From NCBI GenBank assembly GCA_021818065.1, contig JAKAFC010000001.1, positions 1 through 50,662 of the forward strand: 50,662 nucleotides of DNA, in the 5' to 3' direction. The position numbers and the translations under genes were made by a program. Shown here piece by piece: positions 41,898 through 50,662 of the stretch (position 1 is its first letter; every line of letters starts with the position of its first letter). This stretch comes from Pseudomonadota bacterium (GTDB lineage Bacteria; Pseudomonadota; Gammaproteobacteria; Burkholderiales; Burkholderiaceae_C). The notes beneath the pieces were generated by a model. That model made no database searches. It was not told the origin of the DNA and saw only the letters and a list, made by a program, of their open reading frames with translations.

Positions 41898-42779
41898 ATG
41901 CACAGAGAAGAATCTGAATCCCTCTCCATCCTGCGCGAAGCCGTTGCCGGGGCGCGCAAGCCGGTGATGCTGTATTCCATCGGCAAGGATTCGTCGGTCA
42001 TGCTGCACCTGGCGCGCAAGGCGTTTGCGCCGGGGCCGTTGCCGTTTGCGCTGCTGCACATCGACACGACGTGGAAGTTCCGCGACATGATCGCGCACCG
42101 CGATCGCATGGCGCGCGAGTATGGGCTGGAACTCATCGTCCACACCAACCGGCAGGCGCTGGCCGAAGGCGTCAACCCCTTCGACCACGGCAGCGCCTAC
42201 ACCGACATCATGAAAACCCAGGCGCTCAAGGACGCGCTGGACGCGCACGGCTTTGACGTGATTTTCGGCGGGGCGCGGCGCGACGAGGAGAAAAGCCGCG
42301 CCAAGGAGCGCATTTTTTCGGTGCGCGAGGCGGGCCACCGCTGGGAGCCCAAGGCGCAGCGCCCGGAGTTCTGGGCGAACTACAACACGAGGCTTTCTGC
42401 CGGGCAGACGCTGCGAGTGTTTCCGCTGTCGAACTGGACCGAGGCGGACATCTGGCAGTACATCCGCGCCGAGCGCATCCCCATCGTGCCGCTGTATTTC
42501 GCCGCCGAGCGCCCGGTGGTCGAGCGTGACGGGCAGTGGATCATGGTCGACGACGAGCGCTTTCGCCTGCTGCCCGGCGAGGTGCCGCAGCGGCGCATGG
42601 TGCGGTTTCGCACCCTGGGGTGCTACCCGCTGTCGGCAGCGGTGGAAAGTCAGGCGCGCACGCTCGATGAAGTAATCGCCGAAACGCTGGCGGCGCACAC
42701 GTCCGAGCGCGCCGGGCGGTTGATCGACCACGACCAGGCGGCGAGCATGGAACGCAAAAAGCAGGAGGGGTATTTTTGA
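41898..42779 (+). CDS. cysD: Sulfate adenylyltransferase subunit 2 (NodP-like)
   Basis: [54 protein letters not shown]. Confidence 0.95.
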   Translation: MHREESESLSILREAVAGARKPVMLYSIGKDSSVMLHLARKAFAPGPLPFALLHIDTTWKFRDMIAHRDRMAREYGLELIVHTNRQALAEGVNPFDHGSAYTDIMKTQALKDALDAHGFDVIFGGARRDEEKSRAKERIFSVREAGHRWEPKAQRPEFWANYNTRLSAGQTLRVFPLSNWTEADIWQYIRAERIPIVPLYFAAERPVVERDGQWIMVDDERFRLLPGEVPQRRMVRFRTLGCYPLSAAVESQARTLDEVIAETLAAHTSERAGRLIDHDQAASMERKKQEGYF

Positions 42780-44680
42780 TGGGGTCAGGCCTCGACATGA
42801 AGCAAAGCACCACGCTGGACGGCCCCGAATGCAACGAAGCTAGACCTGACCCCCGGCTACGTTCTGACCCCCGGCTACGTTTCCTCACCTGCGGCAGCGT
42901 CGACGACGGGAAAAGCACGTTGATCGGCCGCCTGCTCATCGACACCAAACAGGTGTTCGACGATCAATGGCGGACGTTGCAGGGCGATTCGCGGCGCTGG
43001 GGCACGCAAGGGGCGCTGCCCGACCCGGCGCTGCTGCTCGATGGGCTGCAGGCCGAGCGCGAACAGGGCATCACCATCGACGTGGCGTACCGGTTTTTTT
43101 CCACACCCAAGCGGTCGTTCATCGTCGCCGACGCGCCGGGGCACGAGCAGTACACGCGCAACATGGCGGTGGCGGCCAGCACCGCGGACTGCGCGGTGGT
43201 GCTGGTCGACGCGCGCAAGGGGGTGTTGACGCAAACGCGCCGGCACAGCCGCATCCTGGCGCTGATGGGGGTGCGGCAGGTGCTGCTGGCGGTGAACAAG
43301 ATGGACCTGGTGGACTGGAGCGCCGAGCGCTTCACCACCATCGCGCAGGAATATGCGGCGCAGGCGCAGGCGCTGGGGCTGGCGGTGCAGGCGGTGCCGC
43401 TGTCGGCCCTATCGGGCGACAATCTCACCGCACGCAGCGCGCACACGCCGTGGTACGACGGCTCCACCCTGCTCGACTGGCTCGAAGCTGCGCCCACGGC
43501 GCAGCCGCAGGACGCAGCGCCGCTGCGCCTGCCGGTGCAACTGGTGCTGCGCCCCAACGCCGACTTTCGCGGCTACTGCGGCACGGTGGCGCAAGGCATG
43601 TTGCGCGCGGGCGACCGGCTGGTAGCGCAGCCCTCCGGGGTGGCGGCAACGGTGCAGACGGTGCGCATCGGCTTCGATGAGGTGGCGCAGGCCGGCGCGG
43701 GCGACGCGGTGTGCGTGACGCTCAGCGAGGAGCGCGACATCAGCCGCGGCGACGTGCTGGCCGCCGCCGACGCGCCGCTGGAGCAGGCCGAGCAGTTCCA
43801 CGCGCACGTGGTGTGGGTGAGCGAGAAGCCGCTGCTGCCGGGTCGGCCGTATTGGCTGAAGCTGCACCATCGCACGGTCGGCGCGGTGGTGACGAGCATC
43901 CGCCACCAGATCGACGTGGATACCGGCACGCACCTGTCGGCGCGCGAGCTGGCGATGAACGGCATCGCTGCGGTGCACCTGAGCGTGGACCGGCCGCTGC
44001 CGTTCGCGCCGTACGCCCTGCACCGCGATCTGGGCGGGTTCATCCTCATCGACCGGCTCACCCAGGCCACGGTGGGCGCGGGGATGATCGACTTCGCGCT
44101 GCGCCGCGACCACAACCTGCACTGGCAGGCGCTGGCGGTGGACAAGGCGGCGCGGGCGGCGATCAAGCACCAGACGCCCAAATGTCTGTGGTTCACCGGC
44201 CTGTCGGGTTCGGGCAAGAGCACGCTGGCGAACCTGCTGGAAAAGCGCCTGCACGCGCAGGGCCGGCATACCTACGTGCTCGACGGCGACAATGTGCGCC
44301 ACGGGCTGAACCGCGACCTGGGGTTCACCGAAGCCGACCGGGTGGAGAACATCCGCCGCGTCGCCGAGGTGGCGCGGTTGATGGTCGACGCCGGGCTGAT
44401 CGTGCTGGTGGCGTTCATTTCGCCGTTCCGCGCCGAGCGCGAGTTCGCGCGCAGCCTGTTCGCGCCGGGCGAGTTCGTCGAGGTGTTCGTCGATACGCCG
44501 CTGGAAGAATGCGAGCGGCGTGACCCGAAGGGGCTGTACGCCAAGGCAAGACGCGGGGAGATTCCGGCGTTCACCGGGGTGTCCAGCCCGTACGATGCGC
44601 CGCTGCAACCGGAGTTTCATCTGTGCACCGGCGAACACAGCGCCGAGGCGCTGGCCGAGCAGCTGGCGCAAACGCTGTGA
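42779..44680 (+). CDS. cysNC: Bifunctional sulfate adenylyltransferase subunit 1 / APS kinase (NodQ-like)
   Basis: [32 protein letters not shown]; kinase [30 protein letters not shown]; TGATG coupling with cysD. Confidence 0.95.
   Translation: MGSGLDMKQSTTLDGPECNEARPDPRLRSDPRLRFLTCGSVDDGKSTLIGRLLIDTKQVFDDQWRTLQGDSRRWGTQGALPDPALLLDGLQAEREQGITIDVAYRFFSTPKRSFIVADAPGHEQYTRNMAVAASTADCAVVLVDARKGVLTQTRRHSRILALMGVRQVLLAVNKMDLVDWSAERFTTIAQEYAAQAQALGLAVQAVPLSALSGDNLTARSAHTPWYDGSTLLDWLEAAPTAQPQDAAPLRLPVQLVLRPNADFRGYCGTVAQGMLRAGDRLVAQPSGVAATVQTVRIGFDEVAQAGAGDAVCVTLSEERDISRGDVLAAADAPLEQAEQFHAHVVWVSEKPLLPGRPYWLKLHHRTVGAVVTSIRHQIDVDTGTHLSARELAMNGIAAVHLSVDRPLPFAPYALHRDLGGFILIDRLTQATVGAGMIDFALRRDHNLHWQALAVDKAARAAIKHQTPKCLWFTGLSGSGKSTLANLLEKRLHAQGRHTYVLDGDNVRHGLNRDLGFTEADRVENIRRVAEVARLMVDAGLIVLVAFISPFRAEREFARSLFAPGEFVEVFVDTPLEECERRDPKGLYAKARRGEIPAFTGVSSPYDAPLQPEFHLCTGEHSAEALAEQLAQTL
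42781..42881. repeat. Small inverted-repeat (MITE/REP-doublet-like) element plus 18-bp direct duplication in the cysNC 5' end
   Basis: GGGGTCAGGCCT (42781) ... AGACCTGACCCC (to 42853), 11/12 complementary; CTGACCCCCGGCTACGTT twice at 42846 and 42864. Confidence 0.7.
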
Positions 44681-45456
44681 ATCTGCTCGACGCCGGGTAT
44701 GCGGCCGCCGGCGCGGCCACCGGCCTGCTCGTCGGTCTGACCGGGGTGGGCGGCGGCGCGCTGATGACGCCGATCCTGCTGTTTCTCGGCGTGCCCGCGG
44801 CTGTGGCCGTGGCCACCGACCTGTGGTTTGCCGCATTGACCAAGCTCGCGGCCATTGCCAGCCACCGGCGGCACACGGTGATCGACTGGCCGGTGGTGCA
44901 GCGGCTGTGGCTGGGCAGCGTGCCCGTGGCGCTGGCCGTGGCGCTGCTGGCGAGCCTGGGCGCGCGCATCGGCAAGGTGGCGTGGCTGTCGCAGGCGGTG
45001 GGGGTGATGGTGTGCGTGGCCGCGCTCGGCCTGCTGTTCGGTCCGGTGGTTTTGCGGCGGCTGCAGGCCACGGCAGCGGACGCCGCCCCGCCCCGTGCGC
45101 AGGCGGCGCTGACGGTGGCTGCCGGCGCGCTAATCGGCGGCGCGGTGGCGCTGACGTCGGTGGGCGCTGGCACGCTGGGCAGCGTGCTGCTGCTCGCGCT
45201 CTACCCCCGGCGGCTGAGCACGCACCGCCTGGTGATGGCCGATCTGGTGCATGCCACCGGGCTGGCCGCCGTGGCGGGACTGACCTACGCCGCCAGCAGC
45301 CTGGTGGACTGGCACATGCTGGGCTGGCTGCTGGCCGGCTCGCTGCCCGCCGCCGTGCTCGGCAGCCACCTGGCCGGACGCCTGCCCGCGCGCAGGCTGC
45401 AACTGTCTCTGGCGGCGGTGTTGTCACTGATTGGCGGCAAATCCGTGCTTGGGTGA
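44677..45456 (+). CDS. TauE/SafE (TSUP) family sulfur-compound transporter
   Basis: [26 protein letters not shown]; GTG start overlapping cysNC stop. Confidence 0.85.
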   Translation: MNLLDAGYAAAGAATGLLVGLTGVGGGALMTPILLFLGVPAAVAVATDLWFAALTKLAAIASHRRHTVIDWPVVQRLWLGSVPVALAVALLASLGARIGKVAWLSQAVGVMVCVAALGLLFGPVVLRRLQATAADAAPPRAQAALTVAAGALIGGAVALTSVGAGTLGSVLLLALYPRRLSTHRLVMADLVHATGLAAVAGLTYAASSLVDWHMLGWLLAGSLPAAVLGSHLAGRLPARRLQLSLAAVLSLIGGKSVLG

Positions 45457-45515
45457 AAGGCGGCGGGCGATGCAGCACGTAAGATGACGCGTTGTTTCGT
45501 TCCCCGCCTCGCCTC

Positions 45516-46307
45516 ATGTCCATCTTTGCAGTAGGTTTTGCCGATCTGGCTGGCAGTTTTCGCTCCTGGCGGTTATGGACGCTGCTGGGCTGGCTGGAGA
45601 TTCGCCAGCGTTATGCCCGCTCGAAACTCGGGCCGTTTTGGCTGACGGTGAGCATGGGGGTGCTGGTCGGAGCGCTCGGCGTGGTGTATGGCACGCTATT
45701 CGGCCAAAAGCTCACCGATTATTTGCCGATGGTCGCCATCGGGCTGGTGACATGGACGTTGTTTTCCAGCACAGTCAATGAAGGCAGCATGGCGTACATC
45801 AGCAGTTCGAGTTACATCCGTCAGGTAAGCACGCCGCGGCTGGTGTACCTGCTGCAAGTCAGCTGGCGCAATCTGGTGATCTTCGCGCACAACTTTGTCA
45901 TCGTGATCGTCGTGCTGGCGATTTTCGGCGTCAAAAGTTGGCTGACGCTGCCGCTCGCGATCCTCGGGGTGTTGCTGCTGGTAACCAATGCGTTGTGGAT
46001 GGGCATGATCGCCGGGCTGTTGTCGGCGCGGTTTCGCGACTTTCCGCAAATCATCGCCGCGCTCCTGCAAGTGGCGTTTTACGTCACGCCGATTTTGTTC
46101 CACGGCGCGATGCTGTCGCAGGAGCACCGCTGGATCGTGACCTACAACCCGCTGGCGTACCTGATCGACGTGGTACGGCAGCCGTTGGTGGGCATCGTGC
46201 CGACAGCATCGACCTGGGCCGTCACCGCGCTGATGGCGCTAGGCGGCGGGCTGCTCGCGCTGTGGATGACCGGGCGGTATCACAAACGCATCCCGTACTG
46301 GGTTTGA
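45516..46307 (+). CDS. wzm: ABC-2 polysaccharide export permease
   Basis: RQRYARSKLGPFW, ARFRD, FYVTPI, YNPLAYLIDVVRQPL. Confidence 0.9.
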   Translation: MSIFAVGFADLAGSFRSWRLWTLLGWLEIRQRYARSKLGPFWLTVSMGVLVGALGVVYGTLFGQKLTDYLPMVAIGLVTWTLFSSTVNEGSMAYISSSSYIRQVSTPRLVYLLQVSWRNLVIFAHNFVIVIVVLAIFGVKSWLTLPLAILGVLLLVTNALWMGMIAGLLSARFRDFPQIIAALLQVAFYVTPILFHGAMLSQEHRWIVTYNPLAYLIDVVRQPLVGIVPTASTWAVTALMALGGGLLALWMTGRYHKRIPYWV

Positions 46308-46320
46308 ACCCGCATCGCCC

Positions 46321-47076
46321 ATGAGTGCCTCGATCTGCTTGCACCAGGTGTGTCTGGATTTACCGATTTTCGACGTCTCGGCGCAATCGCTGAAAAAGCG
46401 CATGATGCGTCTAGGGCGGCGCAACCGCATTGCCGAAGACAATACCGGCGTCGTCGTGGTGCGCTCACTCGACAGCATCAGCCTGGAGTTGCAAGCAGGC
46501 GACCGCCTAGGGCTGATTGGGCACAACGGTGCGGGCAAGTCCAGCCTGCTGCGCGTCCTCGCCGGGATTTATGCACCGACCGCCGGTACGGTGGAGGTGC
46601 GGGGTCGCGCCGTTCCGCTGCTCGATATCAACCTCGGCATGGATGACCAATCCACCGGGCGGCAGAACATTCGTCTGCGCGGGCTGCTGCTGGGCATGGG
46701 TAACGCCGAGATCCGCGCCAAAACCCAGGATATTGCCGACTTCACCGAGCTGGGCGACTATCTCGATCTGCCGCTGCGCACGTATTCAAGCGGCATGCGA
46801 CTGCGGTTGGCATTTGCCATCGCCTCGGCAGTGGACGCCGACATTTTGCTGCTCGACGAGGTGATCGGCGTGGGCGACGCCAGCTTCCAAGACAAGGCCG
46901 CGCGCCGATTGGAGCAGTTGCACGCCCGCGCCGAAATCGTCGTGCTGGCGATTCACGACCCCAAAGTCATCCGACAGAGCTGCAACAAAGCGCTGTGGCT
47001 CGATCGCGGCCAGGTGCGTGCGTTCGGCGACGTCGACACCGTGCTTGACGCTTACTCCCGGCACAACACAGCGTAG
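46321..47076 (+). CDS. wzt: Polysaccharide export ATPase (short form, no C-terminal carbohydrate-binding domain)
   Basis: GLIGHNGAGKS, YSSGM signature, LLDEVIGVGD; 251 aa. Confidence 0.9.
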   Translation: MSASICLHQVCLDLPIFDVSAQSLKKRMMRLGRRNRIAEDNTGVVVVRSLDSISLELQAGDRLGLIGHNGAGKSSLLRVLAGIYAPTAGTVEVRGRAVPLLDINLGMDDQSTGRQNIRLRGLLLGMGNAEIRAKTQDIADFTELGDYLDLPLRTYSSGMRLRLAFAIASAVDADILLLDEVIGVGDASFQDKAARRLEQLHARAEIVVLAIHDPKVIRQSCNKALWLDRGQVRAFGDVDTVLDAYSRHNTA

Positions 47077-47115
47077 CCTTCGGGAGACACTGAAGGCACC
47101 GTGAGCCTGGACTGC

Positions 47116-47577
47116 TTATTGCACCGGCAGACGCACCACGCCGTTCTGCACGAAAGGAATGCGCAGCAGGGTCAGGCCGATTTCTGCCGTGCCGTCGATG
47201 CGGTACGGCAGCTGGTCGTTTCCCGGTAAAGTCAGCAGCACTTGCACCAGCGTTGGCCCGTTGACCGTCAGCCGCACCGGCAGTGCGGTGCGTTCTCCTG
47301 CCGGGATGCTGACCGGCGTGGTGCTGCGGCCCTGGCCGACCATCGCCCCGCCCAGTTGCAGGCTGAAGTCGATGGCCTGCAGCGGCAGCGCCAATGGTCC
47401 GGTGTTGCGCACCTGCAGCGTCAGGTCGAGGACGGCGTCGTTGCCCGCGATCGTCACGGCATCGATCGACTGCAGCAGCACTTGAGGCTGCTGCGTCTGC
47501 GCCGCTGCAGCAGCAGGACAGAGCACAGCCAGACACAAGCTCAATGCGCAACGTCGCCGAAGGACGTTCATCGGCAC
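47116..47577 (-). CDS. LEA type 2 (WHy domain) family exported protein
   Basis: Signal peptide; LTLQVRN, IDFSLQLGG..VGQG, SIPAGE, YRIDG pattern. Confidence 0.7.
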   Translation of the reverse strand: MPMNVLRRRCALSLCLAVLCPAAAAAQTQQPQVLLQSIDAVTIAGNDAVLDLTLQVRNTGPLALPLQAIDFSLQLGGAMVGQGRSTTPVSIPAGERTALPVRLTVNGPTLVQVLLTLPGNDQLPYRIDGTAEIGLTLLRIPFVQNGVVRLPVQ

Positions 47578-48123
47578 TCAATGCCCCGCAAAATCCACCA
47601 GCGTAAACAGCGGCAACCCGCTGTCGCGCAGCAATTTGGAGCCGCCGAGTTCGGGCAGGTCGACGATGGCGGCGCCCTCGATCACGCTGGCGCCGAGTTT
47701 TTCGAGCAGGCGCTTGCCCGCCATCATGGTGCCGCCGGTGGCGATGAGGTCGTCGATGAGCAGCACGCAGTCGCCGGGCCGCACCGCATCGGTGTGGATT
47801 TCCACGGTGGCGCTGCCGTACTCGAGTTCGTACTCCTCCGACACCGTGGCGAACGGCAGCTTGCCCTTTTTGCGGATGGGGACAAAGCCGATGTTGAGTT
47901 CGTAGGCGATGACGGCGCCGAGGATGAAGCCACGGGCGTCGATGCCGGCCACCACGTCGGGCCGCAGATCGGGGGCCATGTAGCGGTGCACGAACTGGTC
48001 GATGAGCACGCGGAACACCCGGGGGTTTTGCAGCAGCGGCGTGATGTCGCGGAACTGCACGCCCGCCGAAGGCCAGTCGGGCACGGTGCGGATGTGTTGA
48101 CGCAGATAGTCGATGACGTTCAT
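47578..48123 (-). CDS. apt: Adenine phosphoribosyltransferase
   Basis: [44 protein letters not shown]. Confidence 0.96.
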   Translation of the reverse strand: MNVIDYLRQHIRTVPDWPSAGVQFRDITPLLQNPRVFRVLIDQFVHRYMAPDLRPDVVAGIDARGFILGAVIAYELNIGFVPIRKKGKLPFATVSEEYELEYGSATVEIHTDAVRPGDCVLLIDDLIATGGTMMAGKRLLEKLGASVIEGAAIVDLPELGGSKLLRDSGLPLFTLVDFAGH

Positions 48124-48146
48124 GGCTTGCGGCAGCAGAAACAGAG

Positions 48147-48971
48147 TCAGGCCGAGGACGCGCCGCCGAAGACGTCGTGATACGACGCCGACGAGGCCCC
48201 CGACAGCACGGGAAACAACACCAGCAGGCCCAGGCCGAGGGGCAGCATCGCCACCAGCGAGATTGGCAGCAGCAGCACGGTGAAGAGGGTGATGGGCGCC
48301 AGGTTGGTGAAGCCGGCACGCACCGAGAGTTTGACTGCCTCCCACGGGCTGACACCGCCCAGTGCCACCAGGGTGTTGACGAACCAGAAGGCCACGCTGA
48401 ACAGATACAACGCCAGCAGCACGAGCAGCAGCAGGGTGAGGATCGACCCCGCCATGGCCCCCATACCGGCTGCCATGCCTGCCCCCGGGCTCATCATGTG
48501 GGCAAACGCCCCCATGCGCGCCAGGCCCAGGCCAAACATCGACCCGAGGCCGACGACAAGGACCGCACCGAGTGCCCCGCCCAGCACCAGCACCAGCAGC
48601 GAGGCCAGCAGCAGGGAGGCGACACGCTCGCGCCAGGTCTGGGTCGAGGCGAGCAGCGCGCCCTCGTTCTGCGGCTCCAGCGGCATGCCTGGCGGCGTGA
48701 TCACCCGCGCCTGCGCCGCGCGTTGGCGCAGGCGCGCGGCGAAAATCACCCCCAGCGCCAGCAGCGGCAGGCTCAGCCATTGCGACAGCAGGCCGCCCAT
48801 CGGCAGTTCGCCGATCAACCACAAGACTACGAGCAGCGCCGCCGCCAGGCCCATCCACGGCAGCGGCGCCTGCACGAAACTGCGCCAGCCTTCGGCCCAC
48901 CAGCGCACGCCTGCGCCCGCGGCGACGCGGCGATAGCTCGGCAGCGCAGGGGCGAAATCGGGTGTGGTCAT
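48147..48971 (-). CDS. Integral membrane protein (BPSS1780-like)
   Basis: [15 protein letters not shown]-terminus, multiple TM helices, SYHDVFG C-terminus. Confidence 0.7.
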   Translation of the reverse strand: MTTPDFAPALPSYRRVAAGAGVRWWAEGWRSFVQAPLPWMGLAAALLVVLWLIGELPMGGLLSQWLSLPLLALGVIFAARLRQRAAQARVITPPGMPLEPQNEGALLASTQTWRERVASLLLASLLVLVLGGALGAVLVVGLGSMFGLGLARMGAFAHMMSPGAGMAAGMGAMAGSILTLLLLVLLALYLFSVAFWFVNTLVALGGVSPWEAVKLSVRAGFTNLAPITLFTVLLLPISLVAMLPLGLGLLVLFPVLSGASSASYHDVFGGASSA

Positions 48972-49042
48972 GGCAGGCCGTGGACGAATGGAACAGCGCG
49001 CATTATCCCCCGCCGCCCACGCCGCCCCGGCGGGCGCTGGCG

Positions 49043-50482
49043 CTACCGCGCAATGTCTTCCAGCCGCCGCTGCGTGACCCTGGGGCCCATCAGGGCGATG
49101 ACCAGCGCCACCCCCACCATGGCCGCGGCGATGAAACTGAACACGCCCACATCGCCCGAGGTCTTGAGCAGGTCGGCGATGACAAAGCCGGTGAACACCG
49201 CGCTGATGCGACTGAACGAGTAGACGAAGCCCACTGCCCGCGCCCGGATGCGCGTGGGGTACAGCTCGCTCTGGTAGGCGTGAAAGGCGTAACTCATGAT
49301 GTTGTTGAAAAACGCCACGGCAATGCCGAAGACGATAATGGACCCTGCCTGCTGCGCTGTGGCGAACAGCAAACCGAACACGGCCACCCCCAGCGCGGGC
49401 ACGGCGATCAGCCATTTGCGTTCGATGCGGTCACCGAACAAGGTGCCGATGAGCGAAGAAATGGGATAGGCGAAAGCGATGACAAAGGTGTAGAGCAGCG
49501 ACTTGGGAATGTCGATGCCCTTGGCGATGAGGTAGGTGGGCGCCCAACTGGCGAAGCCGTAGTAGCCCACGGTCTGCAGGATGTTGAACAGAATGAGCAT
49601 GATCGTGCGCTGGCGGTACACCCCTTCCCACAGTTCGCCCCAGCGCGCCTTGAGGTGCTGGGCATCGCCAACAAAGGCCTTGGGTTCGGGCAGGGGCTGG
49701 CCGGTTTCGCGTTCCACCTGCTTTTCAATACGGCTGAGGATGGCGTCGGCGGCGTTGTGGCGTCCCTTGTCCTCCAGCCAGCGCGGCGACTCGGGCAAGC
49801 GCAGCCGGATGAACCAGATGACGATGGCCCCCACCGCACCGATGATGGCGACCCAGCGCCAGCCGTCAAGCCCGGCGATCTGATGCGGCACCAGCAGCCA
49901 GCCGAGAAAAGCCACCACCGGCACGGCGCTGAAGGTGATGAACTGATTCATCGCGAAGTAAGTCCCCCGCCGCGCCTGCGGCGCCAGTTCCGACACATAG
50001 GTGTCGATGTTCACCATCTCCAGACCGATGCCGATGGAGGCGATGAAGCGCCAGATGTCGATGCCCATGGCCGTGTGCTGAAACGCCATGATGAGCGTGG
50101 CGATGCAATACCACAGCAAGGCCCAGGTGTAGACCACGCGCCTGCCGTAACGATCCGACAGCCAGCTCACCACCAGCGTGCCCACCCAGAGCCCCAGGAA
50201 CAACGAGGCGACAAAGCTGGCGATGCCCTCGAAGCCGAACAGCCCCTTGGTGGTCGCGGTGAACAGGCCGCTCTTGAACAAGCCGGGGGCGATGTAGGCC
50301 GTGAGAAACAGGTCGTAAAACTCGAACAGCCCGCCAAGCGACAGCAGGATGACCATGTTGCGCACTGTTTTGGACGGCGGCAGCCGGTCGATGCGCGCGG
50401 CGATCGTGGGCGCGCCTTGGTGTCCCGGGCGCGGCGCCGCCGTCGGTGCTCCGGCGCCAGTCTCGGCGGGAAGGGTGGACAT
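49043..50482 (-). CDS. MFS transporter (aromatic acid/sugar family)
   Basis: [42 protein letters not shown]; CAGGAG RBS. Confidence 0.9.
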   Translation of the reverse strand: MSTLPAETGAGAPTAAPRPGHQGAPTIAARIDRLPPSKTVRNMVILLSLGGLFEFYDLFLTAYIAPGLFKSGLFTATTKGLFGFEGIASFVASLFLGLWVGTLVVSWLSDRYGRRVVYTWALLWYCIATLIMAFQHTAMGIDIWRFIASIGIGLEMVNIDTYVSELAPQARRGTYFAMNQFITFSAVPVVAFLGWLLVPHQIAGLDGWRWVAIIGAVGAIVIWFIRLRLPESPRWLEDKGRHNAADAILSRIEKQVERETGQPLPEPKAFVGDAQHLKARWGELWEGVYRQRTIMLILFNILQTVGYYGFASWAPTYLIAKGIDIPKSLLYTFVIAFAYPISSLIGTLFGDRIERKWLIAVPALGVAVFGLLFATAQQAGSIIVFGIAVAFFNNIMSYAFHAYQSELYPTRIRARAVGFVYSFSRISAVFTGFVIADLLKTSGDVGVFSFIAAAMVGVALVIALMGPRVTQRRLEDIAR

Positions 50483-50571
50483 GCTCGTCTCCTGGTTGGG
50501 TTTTGCAGCCATGATGGCGGCAAAACCCTGCGGGAACGGTGACGAGTTGTTTCAGACCAACCTGGGTTTGT

Positions 50572-50661
50572 TCAGCCCTGCTGCCCGCCACCCGCGCCGG
50601 GCTGCTTGAGCAGTTGCGCCCACTCTTCGAGCTCGCGCGGTTCGCCGAACAGATAGCCCTG
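50572..50661 (-). CDS. 3' end of a probable EAL-domain protein (partial, runs off window)
   Basis: Manual translation QGYLFGEPRELEEWAQLLKQPGAGGGQQG*; QGYLF is the EAL terminal motif. Confidence 0.65.
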   Translation of the reverse strand, partial: QGYLFGEPRELEEWAQLLKQPGAGGGQQG

Positions 50662-50662
50662 C

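Noticed and set aside
22400-47076. Integrative element or prophage
   Set aside because: No integrase, transposase, att repeats or phage genes seen
48124-48900. 440-aa Apt with N-terminal extension
   Set aside because: Off-frame overlap with the membrane-protein gene; Apt starts at 48123

Overview
High-GC betaproteobacterial (Burkholderiales-like, possibly Thiomonas; inferred from gene order and protein style) chromosome segment. The flanks are housekeeping genes: gltIJK, an ATM1-type ABC transporter, a thioesterase, rplY-prs-tRNA-Gln-ispE-lolB-TPR, mutM-dynamin-mutY, pilT-cNMP-pilU, yggS, ettA and rhlE on the left; LEA-2, apt, a membrane protein, an MFS transporter and the end of an EAL gene on the right. 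Between rhlE and the LEA gene (about 22400-47076) lies a ~24.7 kb compositionally mosaic, divergently transcribed cell-surface locus, which is the best candidate for an undescribed system. It has four parts. (1) An 865-aa, nearly uncharged, TPS-motif surface protein with a strong promoter, structured leader and its own terminator (S-layer-like). (2) A TpsB/FhaC-type translocator, a PpiC chaperone, a lipoprotein and a TPR-GT41 protein glycosyltransferase. (3) A Wzm/Wzt-exported glycan pathway whose 1318-aa enzyme fuses sulfotransferase, GT2, a coiled coil containing a perfect 21-bp heptad VNTR and a second GT2. (4) A dedicated CysD/CysNC PAPS supply. Other notable items are an 84-bp x3 palindromic repeat abutting the mutM start and a small inverted-repeat element at the cysD/cysNC junction. 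All calls come from manual motif recognition; no searches were run.
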